Positions 1-11,800 of a DNA stretch of 64,000 bases are shown here, piece after piece. The stretch spans positions 1 to 64,000 of the forward strand of contig CDMY01000380.1 of assembly GCA_001179505.1 (NCBI GenBank), given 5' to 3'. This stretch comes from Vitrella brassicaformis CCMP3155 (lineage: Eukaryota > Protista > Chromerida). The position numbers and the translations under genes are program-made. Numbering within the stretch: the stretch's first letter is position 1; each line of letters opens with the position of its first letter. The notes beneath the pieces are model-generated. The model did not search any database. It worked only from the letters and a program-made list of their open reading frames with translations, and was not told the origin of the DNA.

Positions 1-330
1 GGTAAATGAAATCGGCCACAGCCGCGCCACGTCAGATGAAGCAAGCCTCCTGAGTAGCTTCTCTTCGAGTCGAATCTCTCCACACAGGGTGGCCACTCGA
101 TGGATGCTGCCAGCCTCACTCGACTGCTGGCGCAGCCGGCGTCTGCATTCAAGCCGCCTGAGACTGGGCGAGCAGTTACCAATTGAACGAAGAGCAGATT
201 CGGGCGTCCCGAATCATCTGCAGCCACTTGCTGAACCACTACAAAGACCTGAGGGACAACAAATCCATCGCGCCATTGCGCATGTGCCTGACCGGCGAGG
301 GCGACCCCGGCAAATTCGCGGAATTGGGCA
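1..330 (+). pseudogene. Truncated PIF1-like (Helitron-type) helicase remnant
   Basis: Encodes EEQIRASRIICSHLLNHYKDLRDNKSIAPLRMCLTGEG, which breaks off at the start of a Walker A. It is a reverse-complement paralog of 26440-26760, which continues into PIF1 motifs Ia and II. Confidence 0.7.
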
Positions 331-402
331 CTAGCTCAATTCGCGGAAACAAAACGCAAGAAGCCATAAAGATAAAGACGCAACTGGGCATTAGCCCAAT
401 TC
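319..402. repeat. Two CTAG/TTAG-centred hairpin motifs (GAATTGGGC..GCYCAATTC) ending the PIF1 remnant
   Basis: The reverse complement of 373-402 (gaattgggctaatgcccagttgcgtcttta) matches the motif at 25774 and 27277. Confidence 0.7.
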
Positions 403-478
403 GCGGAAGCCGCGGACATCGGCCGCACCTCGTCGTGGGCAAAAATTAACGACCACCGGGCACCTCGCCGACAGCATC

Positions 479-2038
479 ATGGAGGAGGTCAACTCAAGCG
501 ACGTGGTCGGTGATCTGGTCATTGATGGCGAGACGGAGTATGATGACTTGCTCGTCGCCGCGAGAATCGCACAGGTAAGGAAGGAAGTTTGTGGGGAAAT
601 GCTTGTGTATCTGCGGATGGTCTTGAGTGCAGTCAGAGTCTCATCGTCTGCAGCAGACCGCAGCGCAGGGCACCTTGCAGAAACTGGCACACCTGCTCAG
701 GTTCGCGTGACAACATATGGCAGCGTGTACCCCCGCTTGGTCGTTTTGTCCTTCCAGTGATGTTCGCTGCGTCGACGATGACCGGGTTGAGGCGGCTCTT
801 TGTCGGCTCGACCAGTGCCCGATTGATGCTGATGATGACAGTCGCCTGAATCAACAAGACGCTACAGCTGTACCCCCTCCTCCCAAGCAGTCGAGTCTTC
901 CCGCTGATATGGATACTTGCGAATCGATCCACACTTTACGGTTGGGAAGGAGCTTGACGGTGGCGCTGCCGGAAACACGCAGGAGGGACAATGGTGGCGA
1001 CGGTGCGAGGAGCGTTGCGGCGTGGAAACGGCTGCGGGATGTTGTGCACGAGTTTGACTGGACGGTGAGGAAAAGTACTCCGTGCTTCTTCGCTCAGTCA
1101 TTTTGATCCTGCTTACTCGGTTGAAGGAGAATGAAGACGATAACAATGATCAAGATCAGCACCCTGCCCGTCGTGCTTCCAGCCATCTGCCGTTGCCTAG
1201 TGATCGATGTCGGATGCAGGAGGACTATGACATGGACATCACCAAAAAGCTGCAGCACATGGAGTCAACGATGGATGACTCGACACCATCAAGACATTGG
1301 CGCGGCAAACATCGATACGAGCCGGCGATTCGAACCAGCGAGCTCAGCTACCATCTCAGGCTGCAGACGGTCAAGTTTCCAATGCCTGTGACTGCACTGC
1401 CTCCCCCTCCGGCCGCCCAGAGCGATGTGGATAGATTGACTGGTGACTTGGCCGTGGCCAGTGCGTATGCCGGTATGCCACAGTCGTGCTACCGTGTTGT
1501 AATCATCGGCGAGATCCATGCTGTTGTCGACAACATGGTCATCGTTCGGGCCAACAAGGTGAGGGAGTACAATACACAAGTCATACGACACGAAATATCG
1601 TTATTGTTTGTGCTTAAAGGAGAGCCGTGCTTTGGATCTGGGGTCCTTCCTGTGTCTGGAAGATCAAACCATTCTCGGACCCGTACGCAGCAAATAGACG
1701 CACACTTGAGGCCGGATGTGGACTCTTAGTGCGTTGTGTGAGCAGGTGTCTGACGCGTTCGGTCCTGTGAATGCCCCATTTTATGTCATATTCGTGGAGG
1801 CACTCAACGAAAGAAGCACGAGAAAAAGACCAGCCGAGTCTTGGCCGACCGATGATGTCGAGGTCGCCCTTGCCAAGCTGCGAAAGGTACAACGTTTGTC
1901 GCGTGGCCGTCATATATGCAAATAAATTTGATCATGTCCCTCCTTTCATTCCAGGGTGCCGGTGTCGGGTGCCTGGAAGCTTATAGCTCGTACCTCCCTT
2001 CCTCGGGACCAGTTGACTCAAGCACAAGTGGTCAATAA
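479..2038 (+). CDS. Multi-exon hypothetical protein, possible OB-fold-like segment
   Basis: About seven phase-consistent exons were traced: MEEVNSSDV..., SESHRLQ..., DVRCVDD..., ...YRVVIIGEIHAVVDNMVIVRANK, ESRALDLG..., VSDAFGP..., GAGVGCLE...GQ*. Two joins rely on AAG acceptors. The family was not recognised. Confidence 0.55.
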
Positions 2039-2760
2039 TGTGAATGCACAGACCCGTATATCAGCAGCGATAATGTAGTGTTTCTGTACACCCTATCGAC
2101 CCAATCTATCAACATGATGGGCAATCTCCCTCCTTCTCCCCCTCCCCCTCCCCCTCCTCTTCTTGCTCCCTTGCCGACAACGTGTGCACCATGGCCCGCC
2201 GATGAGCGATGGCCTCCTGCTTGGCCTTCTCGTCGCTGTCGGGGTGCCTCGCCCTCATCGATAGGAAACGACCTGCTCTTTCGCTGGCCGTTCTCCTGCC
2301 ATTGGGCCAGCCATCTGTTCTTGGTCTTGTCATAGTTGACGCCCGCGACGCCGCTCTGTCGCTCAGCCCCTCTGCACAGTCGCCCTCCCGCTACGCTCCA
2401 TCTCGGCACGGTGCCGCCCAGCCATCGCCTGACATGCACACACATACATACAGATGCATTCATGAGGCTGACAAGAGGGAGCATTCGATTATGTGGTTAC
2501 CTTGGCCTCGTCGAAGCCGTGCTACGCAGAAGTACTTGCGCTGCGGCTTGTGGTCCTCCTGCCATGTAGCCACCCAGGACTCCGACTCCTGGTGCCACCG
2601 AACACCGGTCACATCAGACTGGTGCTCTGCAGTACAATCACAGACAAACACAGGTTACCCGTTTCCGTCCATCTCTGTTGCTCACCTGCGTCCCCAACAA
2701 TGGTCTTCCTTCTCTTGTCGGTGGTCTCGCGGCGGCGGCCAGCGTTGCGGGCTCCCTTGC
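2028..2760 (-). mobile_element. Double-AP2 element copy 1 (frameshifted) with conserved 3' tail
   Basis: HQSDVTGVRWHQESESWVATWQEDHKPQRKYF and QSGVAGVNYDKTKNRWLAQWQENGQRKSRSF are AP2-like. Both domains are frameshifted relative to paralogs. The shared introns and tail are present. Confidence 0.75.
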
Positions 2761-3186
2761 GGCCGAAGAATTATCGTGACAGTCAGAGAAGAAGCGCAGA
2801 TGATTTGTGTTTTTGTCGTTCTTGTCGACCCCATTGATGGTACAATCATTCAATCTGCCGAGATCCCTGCTTAGATCCCCCTGGGTTGGAAGCGGGGTGA
2901 TTACGGAGATAAATGGATCGCTGGAGAAATTTCCCGAGAACCCGCCACTCACAGGCACGCAATTGCAGGCACGTAGAGACATGCCCGAAGATTCTTATAT
3001 GTAAAGTGATGTCTATTTATCCCCCTTCCTAATTCCGATTCTCACTTGCGCCAGTACAAAAGATTCCCAATCGGTGGCTCAGTGAGAGAATACATGGACT
3101 CTCATCCTTCGGAAGTTACCCGACAGACCCACAGACGCGTCAGTGTCCATCGGAAAACGGATCGTAAATAATATGAACTGTCCGCC

Positions 3187-4127
3187 ATGAATTTCTCCTC
3201 CGGGATGGCACAGGCAGTGCTCGTGCTTCTTCTGGTGTGGTTTGCTGGATTGTCCGCAGGGCGATTCATGCGCGCGTCAGAGCCTTTTCTGGAACTAGAA
3301 GCTGGCAAGAATGTGTCCCGCCACCTGCAAACCAGTTTCACCGCTTCACGGAAGGCGCTGACAAATTGCACCCAACCAGGTTTATTGACGACCAGAAACG
3401 AAACGAGTACGGAATGCCCGCGTTTTGTACAGGCCTTTTTGCGTTGACATTTGACGACGCACCAACCGACAACTTCGAGCGGATGTTGGATGTATTAAAA
3501 GAACATCACGTACCGGCGACATTGTTCGTCATCGGAGACAAGCTCCGTGACCCTGAATCAGTTGCGCTGCTGAAGCGCGCCGAAAAGGAGGGTAACAGAC
3601 CAAGGAAACCAACATACGATGAGTGCATTCATTTCTTCCTGCGTCATGGAAGGACATTTGATCGAGAACCACTCATGGGACCACCCCCATTTGAGCAAGT
3701 TGAGCGATGATGAGATCCGGCATGAAATCGAGCGGACCGAGCAAATTTTCCATGAGCAACTGGGACATGGGAGCCGGTTTATGCGAGCGCCATAGTAAGC
3801 TCACGACCTCTTGTTTTAGCCAAAAGTAAAAACTCTATATGTCCTTTCAGTGGGGACGTTGGCAATTTGATTCCAATAGCCGCTGAATACAAATTGACAG
3901 TTGTCGGCTGGTCCGCCTGCTTGGATGTGAAGCCAAAAAAAGGTCGTGTCACAGTGGAGTCTAGACTCTCTGAAGCTGAACGGACAACGCCATCGCAGAT
4001 TTGCTTGCTGCATGACTCATCCCCTCTGGTGAAGACGAAATCCATTGACGCACTCCCGGAAATCATCAAGCTTGTGAGTGGAAAAGGATATAAGTTTGTG
4101 ACACTCGCGGAATGTCTCAAAGGCTAA
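3187..4127 (+). CDS. Secreted CE4/NodB polysaccharide (chitin-type) deacetylase, 4 exons
   Basis: Hydrophobic signal peptide followed by CE4 motifs TFDDAP, ENHSWDH, RAPYG and LLHD, plus the typical YKFVTLAECL end. Three phase-consistent introns. Confidence 0.85.
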
Positions 4128-4960
4128 GGTTCTTCATAAGACACAAGATGTTTTCTTTCTGATTGAATGAGACAATCGACGTTTTCTCGACGTTTTGAGT
4201 GACATTGAGCGAAGGAAAGTCAACGGGCTTCTGAGAGGCTCCTGTGATTCATTCACAGCGAGAAACCACTCAAAAAGTTGCTGGAAAATAAGTGGGTCAG
4301 CTCTGTAGTACGTATAAGCGGGTCAGACGCGTAAGTGGGTCAGCGATCGAACGGGATCATTGATGAAATTCACCACAACCACATCCAATTCGTCATTGTG
4401 CGTGGAAAACGTTTCGGCCCGTGATGACAACAATGATCACCGTAACGATGCGAAGGCGAGGCCCGAAGGGCCGAGCCGAGCAACGACTAGCCAGCGATTG
4501 ACTCAACTCCTCCGCTTCGGTCTGCGCTTCGCGCATCCCTCGCTCCACCATACATGAATCACTCAGATTGACTGACCTGCCTAGGCCACACCCCCTCCCC
4601 TTCGGATATGACTATATTTCATCATGTTTCCTCGACTGTCCAAGTATCTCCTGTCTCCTGACTCCAGATTGATTCTTTTGTCCAGTGTCATTGCATTCGA
4701 CTGTATATTCAACTCTTTCCATGTCCGTATTCTCAACAACGATTCCTGCCATCTACTCAGTCAGATCCATCTATCTCCCTCTTGCCAAGCCCCCAATCCA
4801 TCCATCCATCCATCCCTTCTCAACTATCTAACAAGCAACGTAATCCAAGCCCATCTTTGTCGGTTGTGTACTCTCGTGGGTCTCACACCTCCCTCTCCCT
4901 CTCTCTACTATCTACATCTGTGGCTGTCCTACTCTATCCCCCACCACTATATTTCGATCT

Positions 4961-5150
4961 TCAAGGGCTCTGGAACAACTTCTTCGTGTGGGCCATTCTG
5001 CGCTGCAGGTCGAGTGTTGTGAGCGGGCGCCCCCCGTCGCCGCCAAAGTACGACCGCCCCCCCCCACGACCTCTGCCGCCACGCCCGCCACCTCTGCCAC
5101 CTCTGCCGCCTCTGCCACCACCACCGCCACGCCCATCCTTGTCGTCCCAA
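4961..5150 (-). pseudogene. Orphan RGG-rich terminal exon
   Basis: A tgcag acceptor is followed by [62 protein letters not shown]. It abuts AP2 copy 2 and no upstream exons are visible. Confidence 0.45.
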
Positions 5151-5152
5151 CT

Positions 5153-5874
5153 GCAAATGAGAGGGACAGAAAGGCGGCACCTGTTCTCATGTGTGTGGGT
5201 TTGCTGCAGCACACCAGTCTGATGTGCCGGGTGTTTCCTGGCACGAGAATACCCAGGCCTGGGTGGCTTCATGGCACGAGGGCGGCAAGCCGAAGTTCGA
5301 GAACTTCTACGTTAGTGAGCACGGCTTCCACAAGGCCAAGGTAACCACTTAATCGGCTGAACTTCATGCTGTTATGTCAGCGTCATGTTGCACCTGTATG
5401 TATGTGTGTGTATGTCAGGTGTTGGCTGAGGAGCACCGTCTCGAGATGGAGCGTAGCGGGCGGGCGTCTGTGCGGAAGCCGGCTGAGCACCAGAGCGGCG
5501 TCAGGGGCGTCAACTACATGCAGAGAAACCATGCATGGCGGGCCGAATGGCAGGAGGCCGGCGAGAAGAAGGGCAAGACCTTCTCCGTCAAGGAGCTTGG
5601 CTTCGAGAAGGCCAAGCAGATGGCCATCGCACACCGGCGGGCCATGGAGTCAAGGCACTACACGTTTGTCGGCAAGGGTAGCAGCAGAGCAGCCCGCCGT
5701 AGATGATAGTGAGCGTCCCAAGAGGAAGGGGGGAGGGGGAGAGTGAGTGAGTGTTCATAGTAGCCCATCATGTTGATAGATTGGCAGTAGCCCATCATGT
5801 TGATAGATTGGCTTGATAGGTTGTACAGAGACACTACATTATCGCTGTTGATATACTGGTCTGTGCATTCACAT
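5153..5874 (+). mobile_element. Double-AP2 element copy 2 (5'-truncated in intron 1) with 3' tail
   Basis: HQSDVPGVSWHENTQAWVASWHEGGKPKFENFYVSEHGFHKAK, then an intron, then VLAEEHRLEMERSG...HQSGVRGVNYMQRNHAWRAEWQEAGEKKGKTFSVKELGFEKAKQMAIAHRRAME. The tail runs to GCATTCACAT. Confidence 0.85.
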
Positions 5875-6545
5875 GAGCGCATTGTACGACAGTGCACACA
5901 CTGACTACTGCACACACTGGATGCGTTTCTCAAGAATGCCGGTAGTCAGGAGACCACAAGTGCGGTGGGGCGTTTCCAAGGTGTTGCGTCACGGAAGAAT
6001 CCGATATCTACGAAATCCGTCTAAAGGAATGTCTCAAAGTCTGAAGGTTTCGAAGCAGTGTCTCTTCCTTCTACGCAAAAAAGAAAGGGTCCTTTTTCCG
6101 CAAGTCCGAATGAATGCCTTGTGTGTTCATGAGGACGCTCGAATGAATGAATGAATGAATGAATGAATGGGTTTTCCATGCGAGTTCTCGTTCGCCTACG
6201 GCAAAGTAAGACACACATCCACACGGAGAGAGAAAGTGAGAGAAGATCGTGGATTTCGCAACACCATTGTCCGGCCGTTTGAATTTGCTATGGTGTCTCA
6301 GACCGCGCCCAAGATCGCCAAGCAAGATGGCGCCCCCGATGGCTAAAAGAGGAAGGCCGACGAAGCGATCGGTGTCTGTGAGGTATTCCTGTGGTCAAAT
6401 TAGAAAGGCTAATCATCTATGTCTTGTTGTGTCTGTCGGGTGAGGCTGTGCGTGCTGCTGCCACTGGACAAAACGCAGAAGCAGCCCATGAAAGCAGCCC
6501 AGAACGCCTACTACTACAGACACAAACAGTAGCGAACGAGATGGG

Positions 6546-6580
<35 letters not shown>

Positions 6581-7692
6581 CAGAGAGAGACGTAGCAAAA
6601 GTGACACAACTGACTCTGCAATGACGAATTAAATTTCTGGGTGTCTCCTTTCATGCCTTGCCGATCACATAGATGCGCCTACGCAGGCGCCTATACTGAT
6701 TGTCTCCTCGCCTACATAGGCGCGCCTACCACCATCAGCGCGGAACAAGTGCAAACCCCGCCAGACACTCTATACAGAAAACACGCTGCCTCGTGTAGAA
6801 AAGCAGCCTGATGCCACTGACTACTCCCTGGTGCATGCTTGCGTTTCCTAGCCGATCGGCCGACGGACACACTGCTTCGACAAGCAATGGCAACACAACA
6901 CGTACCGACAGACACACTGGCGTCTATGAGCATATCCGTCTTCTCCTCTACTTCTCCTTCCCCTAGCCACATGTACCTCCATGGATATACCATCACGGAG
7001 GCAAGTGGCGTATATACACAAGAACAAGAGTCAATCACACGCATGCGCACAGGCACAGGCACAGGATAGACACACGTCGTGGACTACATACAGAGGGCGA
7101 CTGACAAGGACACTGGGCTGTGGGGAGGCCCACAGTGGCAAAGGGACAGACAGGCGAGATAGACAGGCAGGCGTGTGTGCAGACATGCGCGGCATCCATC
7201 CATCCATCCATGTGGCGTTTGTGCGCACCTGGCGGAAGAATAGACGTGCCTCTAAACAGCCATCACAATGCGTCCCACATAGACAGAATCACGATGCGAA
7301 CGGTCCGCTTCGCATTAAATGAGAAGAGGAAAGATATGCTCACTGCAGCCCGAATCAACCAGTGCTCTGAGTTTCACACATAGCACAGCAAAGCACTGGA
7401 CAACTGATGTAACCCCTCTTTAGTTGCGAGTCGATGGGAAGTGGACAGAGGCTGATCAGGCTTCACCAGATCTCCCTCCCCTGCGCACTGCTCTCTCCCA
7501 GACCAGCAGGGTCGTCTCAGCGCGTCGATCGTTCCCAAGCGATGGCGTCACCACATCATGCGAGGATTCTGAGACCTTGCAGCCATCCAACTGTATCTGG
7601 ACCTCTCTGTGCTGCCTCTCCTCAAAGAGCATGCACGTATGTGTGCTCCTCCTCTTCTCCCTGTACCGGTATGAGAGATCGCGTCTATGTCG

Positions 7693-8580
7693 TCAGCATT
7701 CCGCTGTTCGTCTCGTATGCACACACAACACCCAGTCCCTTGCTGTACTTGTTGTTCTCGCCCTTGTTGTTGTGATGACACGCGCCTTCTCCTTCCGCTC
7801 GACCTCATCGAGGTGGCTCTTGAGCAGCTCTGCAGTGCGCTTCATGCGATGGCTGCTTGGGAAGAGCGTGATGCCGTACAACTTCTTGTCGTGAGTCAGT
7901 CGCTTGCAGTCCCAGTGGAGGTGGCCGTTGAGGCAGTACTTGTAATGGATGGATTCACCGTTATCAGCCCCTGCGTCCTCGCCGACGTCCATTGGCGCCG
8001 CAGCAGCACCCACGCTCATTCTCGCGTCTTGTCTTTGCCCCGGCGATACCTCACTTCGACCTTGCACACCCTCCCCATGGCGGTCTCCAGAGTGACGTCG
8101 CGCTTGATGATCTTCTTGCTGATGGGCAGCTTGAACGCCGCCGGCACCACCTTGATGTAGGCGTGCTTGAGTGCTTTGGCCGTGAGCACCTCCTTCGCGC
8201 GTTGACCTTGCCGTTGTTGACTAGGGCCGATTTGGTGATGTCCCAGGTGATTGCCTCGATCCTCCCGTTGGGCTGAGAGCGTAGCGAAGACGGGTTGGAA
8301 TTTCGTCGTAGGTATCCTTCACGTTTGCCTCGTGTTGCTCCAGCACGTCACTTGGCGGAGCTGTCCTTGGAGCCACTTGACCGCTTGTGGCTCTGATTGC
8401 TCTTCCTCCTTGGCCTCCTTGTACTCGGCAGTGAGGGCTTGTCCTCCTGCTCGGTTAGTGGTTAGGGGTGTAACAAAACAAGGGGGAAAGCACTACACAA
8501 GCTCGCGGAAAGCACTACACAAGCTTCCGGCGCCGGGGGGGGACGGCTCTGCGGCGTGGGGGAGGCTCGGGGTGGCGCAT
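7693..8580 (-). pseudogene. Degenerate ORF of unknown family with several frameshifts
   Basis: Coding-like blocks lie in different frames without usable splice joins: QALTAEYKEAKEEE..., KEVLTAKALKHAYIKVVP..., IHYKYCLNGHLHWDCKRL... Confidence 0.35.
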
Positions 8581-8893
8581 CTCTGAGATCTACGACTTAG
8601 TCCAGCAAACGACTCGTATTCAGCGGACGGCCGTGGGTTTCGGTCTGGAGGCATCGTGAGTGTGTTCCTTGGGTTCCTCTGTGCATGTGGAGCGTGCGTG
8701 GGTGATTCCTGTTGCGTGTCGTTCGTTTGATTGTGCGTGACACTGGACCAGGCTCTCGGGCTTAGGACGTTTCGTGAAACCGCTCTCTCTTATACAAGCT
8801 CGCTGATAAAGCGCGAGGCGGGTTCGATCTCAGTCTGGTAAAAGCCGAATTCGTGGACAGCGGGTCTTTGTTTCGGCGTTCTTTCAGAGCACA

Positions 8894-11800
8894 ATGGCAT
8901 CAGATCTTTCGGAACTGTATGATGCGTTCGGGAATTACATTGGGCCTCCCGTTGACGAGAACGAGGACGATGACGAGGAAGATATCATTCTCTCGCCGCA
9001 GGCGCATATGGAGGATGAGGATGGGATGGATGCAGAGGGAGGTGCTGGAGCGAGGGATGGGGATACGCTGGAGATGCAGATGGAGGACGTCGAGGGGGAT
9101 CGGTCGGTGGTGCTCTTCGAAGACAAGAAGTTCTACCCCGACGCAGACGAGGTGTACGGCGGAGCGGAGACCCTTGTGCAGGAGGAAGACACCCAGCCAC
9201 TCACTGAGCCCATCATTGCCCCCGTCCGCACCAAGAACTTCGACCTACTAGAGAAGGATCTTCCGTCGACCACGTTCTCGTTTGACTTCCTGAGCGGCCT
9301 CATGTACAAGCGCGAGCTGATTCGGAACATTTGCCTGCTGGGCCATCTGCACCACGGCAAGACACACTTCATGGACATGCTTGTGCAAGAAACCCACGAG
9401 AAGGACTGGAGGTTGGGCAAGTCGTACCGCTACACCGACACGAGGGTGGACGAGCAGGAGAGGGGACTGTCCATCAAGGCCGTCCCGATGTCACTCATAC
9501 TCCAGACCTCACAGGAAAAGTCCTACCTCGTCAACATTCTCGACACGCCTGGTGCGCACAACGAGGGGGACCATACTCACACACGACCGGATAGACGGGC
9601 CTCCTTTCCCTTGCTGGGATATACTTTTGTTTAGGCCATGTTTGTTTCGCCGACGAGGCCGCGGCGGCCATGCGTATCAGCGACGGGGCTGTGATTCTGA
9701 TCGATGCGCTTGAGGGCGTGATGGCAAATACGGAGCGGCTGCTGAAGTTTGCGGTCCAGGAGAACCTCACCATCCTGGTTGTCATCAACTGTATCGATAG
9801 GCTCATCATGGAACTCAGACTGCCGCCCAACGATGCGTACCACAAACTCAGACACACCATCGAAGAGGTCAGCCAGGAAACAATACTCCATAGTACTTCA
9901 TCCATTGTGATCCTTTGAGTGTCGGGTGTGCAGGTCAATAGCATTCTCGAGTCTACATGTTCGATGTTGGGTCATCCCGCCATCCGTGTGTCGCCCATCA
10001 AGGGCACCGTAGCCTTTGCGTCGGGCTACTACCAGTTCGCTTTCACTGTCCACTCATTCGCGCAGATGTACGCCGAGTCATGCGATGAGACGCTCGACCA
10101 TGACTTCTTCGCGAGGTGAGCTCACCGGGGGAGAAAAGAAAGGGTGCGGTGACATGTGGGAATGCCATGCGTACCCATCTACCTAGATGTCTGTGGGGCG
10201 ATGTATATTTCGATCCTGAGTCGCGTACCTTCCGTCGCAGTCCCCCGCCCAGCCGGCCCGGGCAGCCCCGCACCTTCGTGCAGTTCATCCTGGAGCCCCT
10301 CTACAAGATCTTCGCGCACACATCATCCGAAGAACAGCCTGAGCTGGAACCGCTGCTCAGAGAGGTGACAGAGGGAGAGGCACAGGGAATGAGGGGCTCA
10401 CTGGATTGACTTGGTTGTGTGTGATCTAACCTCTCCAGTTGGGTGTGTTCCTTCGCAAGGATGACTTCATTCTTGATACGCGGTCCCTCGTCAAGAAGGT
10501 CTCCCGATCATTCTTCGGGACATCGAGGTGAGGGCAGCAGAGACGCACAAATTGCATCCACGCGGACCGACCTGGATGCATCGTGTGTGACGATAGTGCG
10601 TTTGTGGATATGGTCGTGGCTCACGTGCCCAACCCCCGGGAGAATGCCAGACGGAAGGTCGAGCACATATACACGGGAGACCAAAAAGGACTTATCGCCG
10701 CTGAAATGAAGGCAGGAGAACGCGAGACGCCATCTGAAACACGGTGTTATACATGCACGCATCTGTCCCATTGCAGGATTGCGCGACTGATGGTCATTTG
10801 ATGATTCACACGACCAAGAACTACCACCGGCCTGACTGCGGCCAGTTTGACGTGCTGGGGCGGGTCATGTCCGGCACAATCTACAAGGGACAACGAGTCA
10901 AGGTACGGACGAAGCCGCGCGGTTACGCAAAGCGAACACACACTCATCAAGAGGAAGCCGTCCGATATTGCACTGCATCACCCAATGCAGGTGTTGGGTG
11001 AGGCGTTCAGTTTGGACGACGATGAGGACAAGACTGAGCGGGAGGTCACAGCTCTCTGGATATACGAAGGGAGATACAGAGTAGAGGTAACAAGACGTTC
11101 CGGTTGGCGCCATGTGTCTGACTGGAGCAATCCCTTTCCGTCTCTGGGGTTGTGTCAGGTGAGCCACGTGCCTGCGGGCAACTGGGTTCTGATCGGCGGT
11201 GTCGACCCATCCATCACCAAGACATCGACCATAACCAACATCGACAACGACCAAGAAACAGAAATATTCGCGCCCCTCAAGTTCAACACCAGCAGGTATC
11301 GTATCACCCAGGACATTCGTTGCGTGGAAGGCATCTGTGGTGCTGTCGCCCTTTGCCGTCCGTCTGTTGGCCAGTGTTATCAAGGTGGCGTGTGAGCCAC
11401 TGAATCCCTCCGACTTGCCCAAGATGCTCGAGGGGCTGCGGAAGATCGACAAGTCATACCCACTGGCCAAAACCAAGGTGACTCGCACTCCGGCAACACA
11501 CACAACCCAAGTAATGCGCCATTCAGGTAGAGGAGTCGGGCGAGCATGTGATCGTTGGCACGGGCGAGATAGCAATGGACTGCATGCTGCACGACCTCAG
11601 GAAACTATACGGAGACCTGGAAATAAAGGTACACCTGAAAGAAGACGGTGTATCATTTGGCGAACCTGCTTATGTCTTCCAGGTTGCCGATCCGGTTGTA
11701 ACGTTCTGCGAAACAGTCACGGAGCATTCGACAATGAAGTGCTTTGCGGAGACACCAAACAAGAAGAACAAGGTCTACATGGCAGCTGAACAGCTAGACC

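Noticed and set aside
4782-5222. Pro-rich ORF on the plus strand
   Set aside because: It is the antisense reading of the G-rich RGG segment.
8810-8835. tRNA T-loop/B-box-like GGTTCGATC
   Set aside because: No cloverleaf or A-box could be folded, and it sits in the EFTUD2 promoter.
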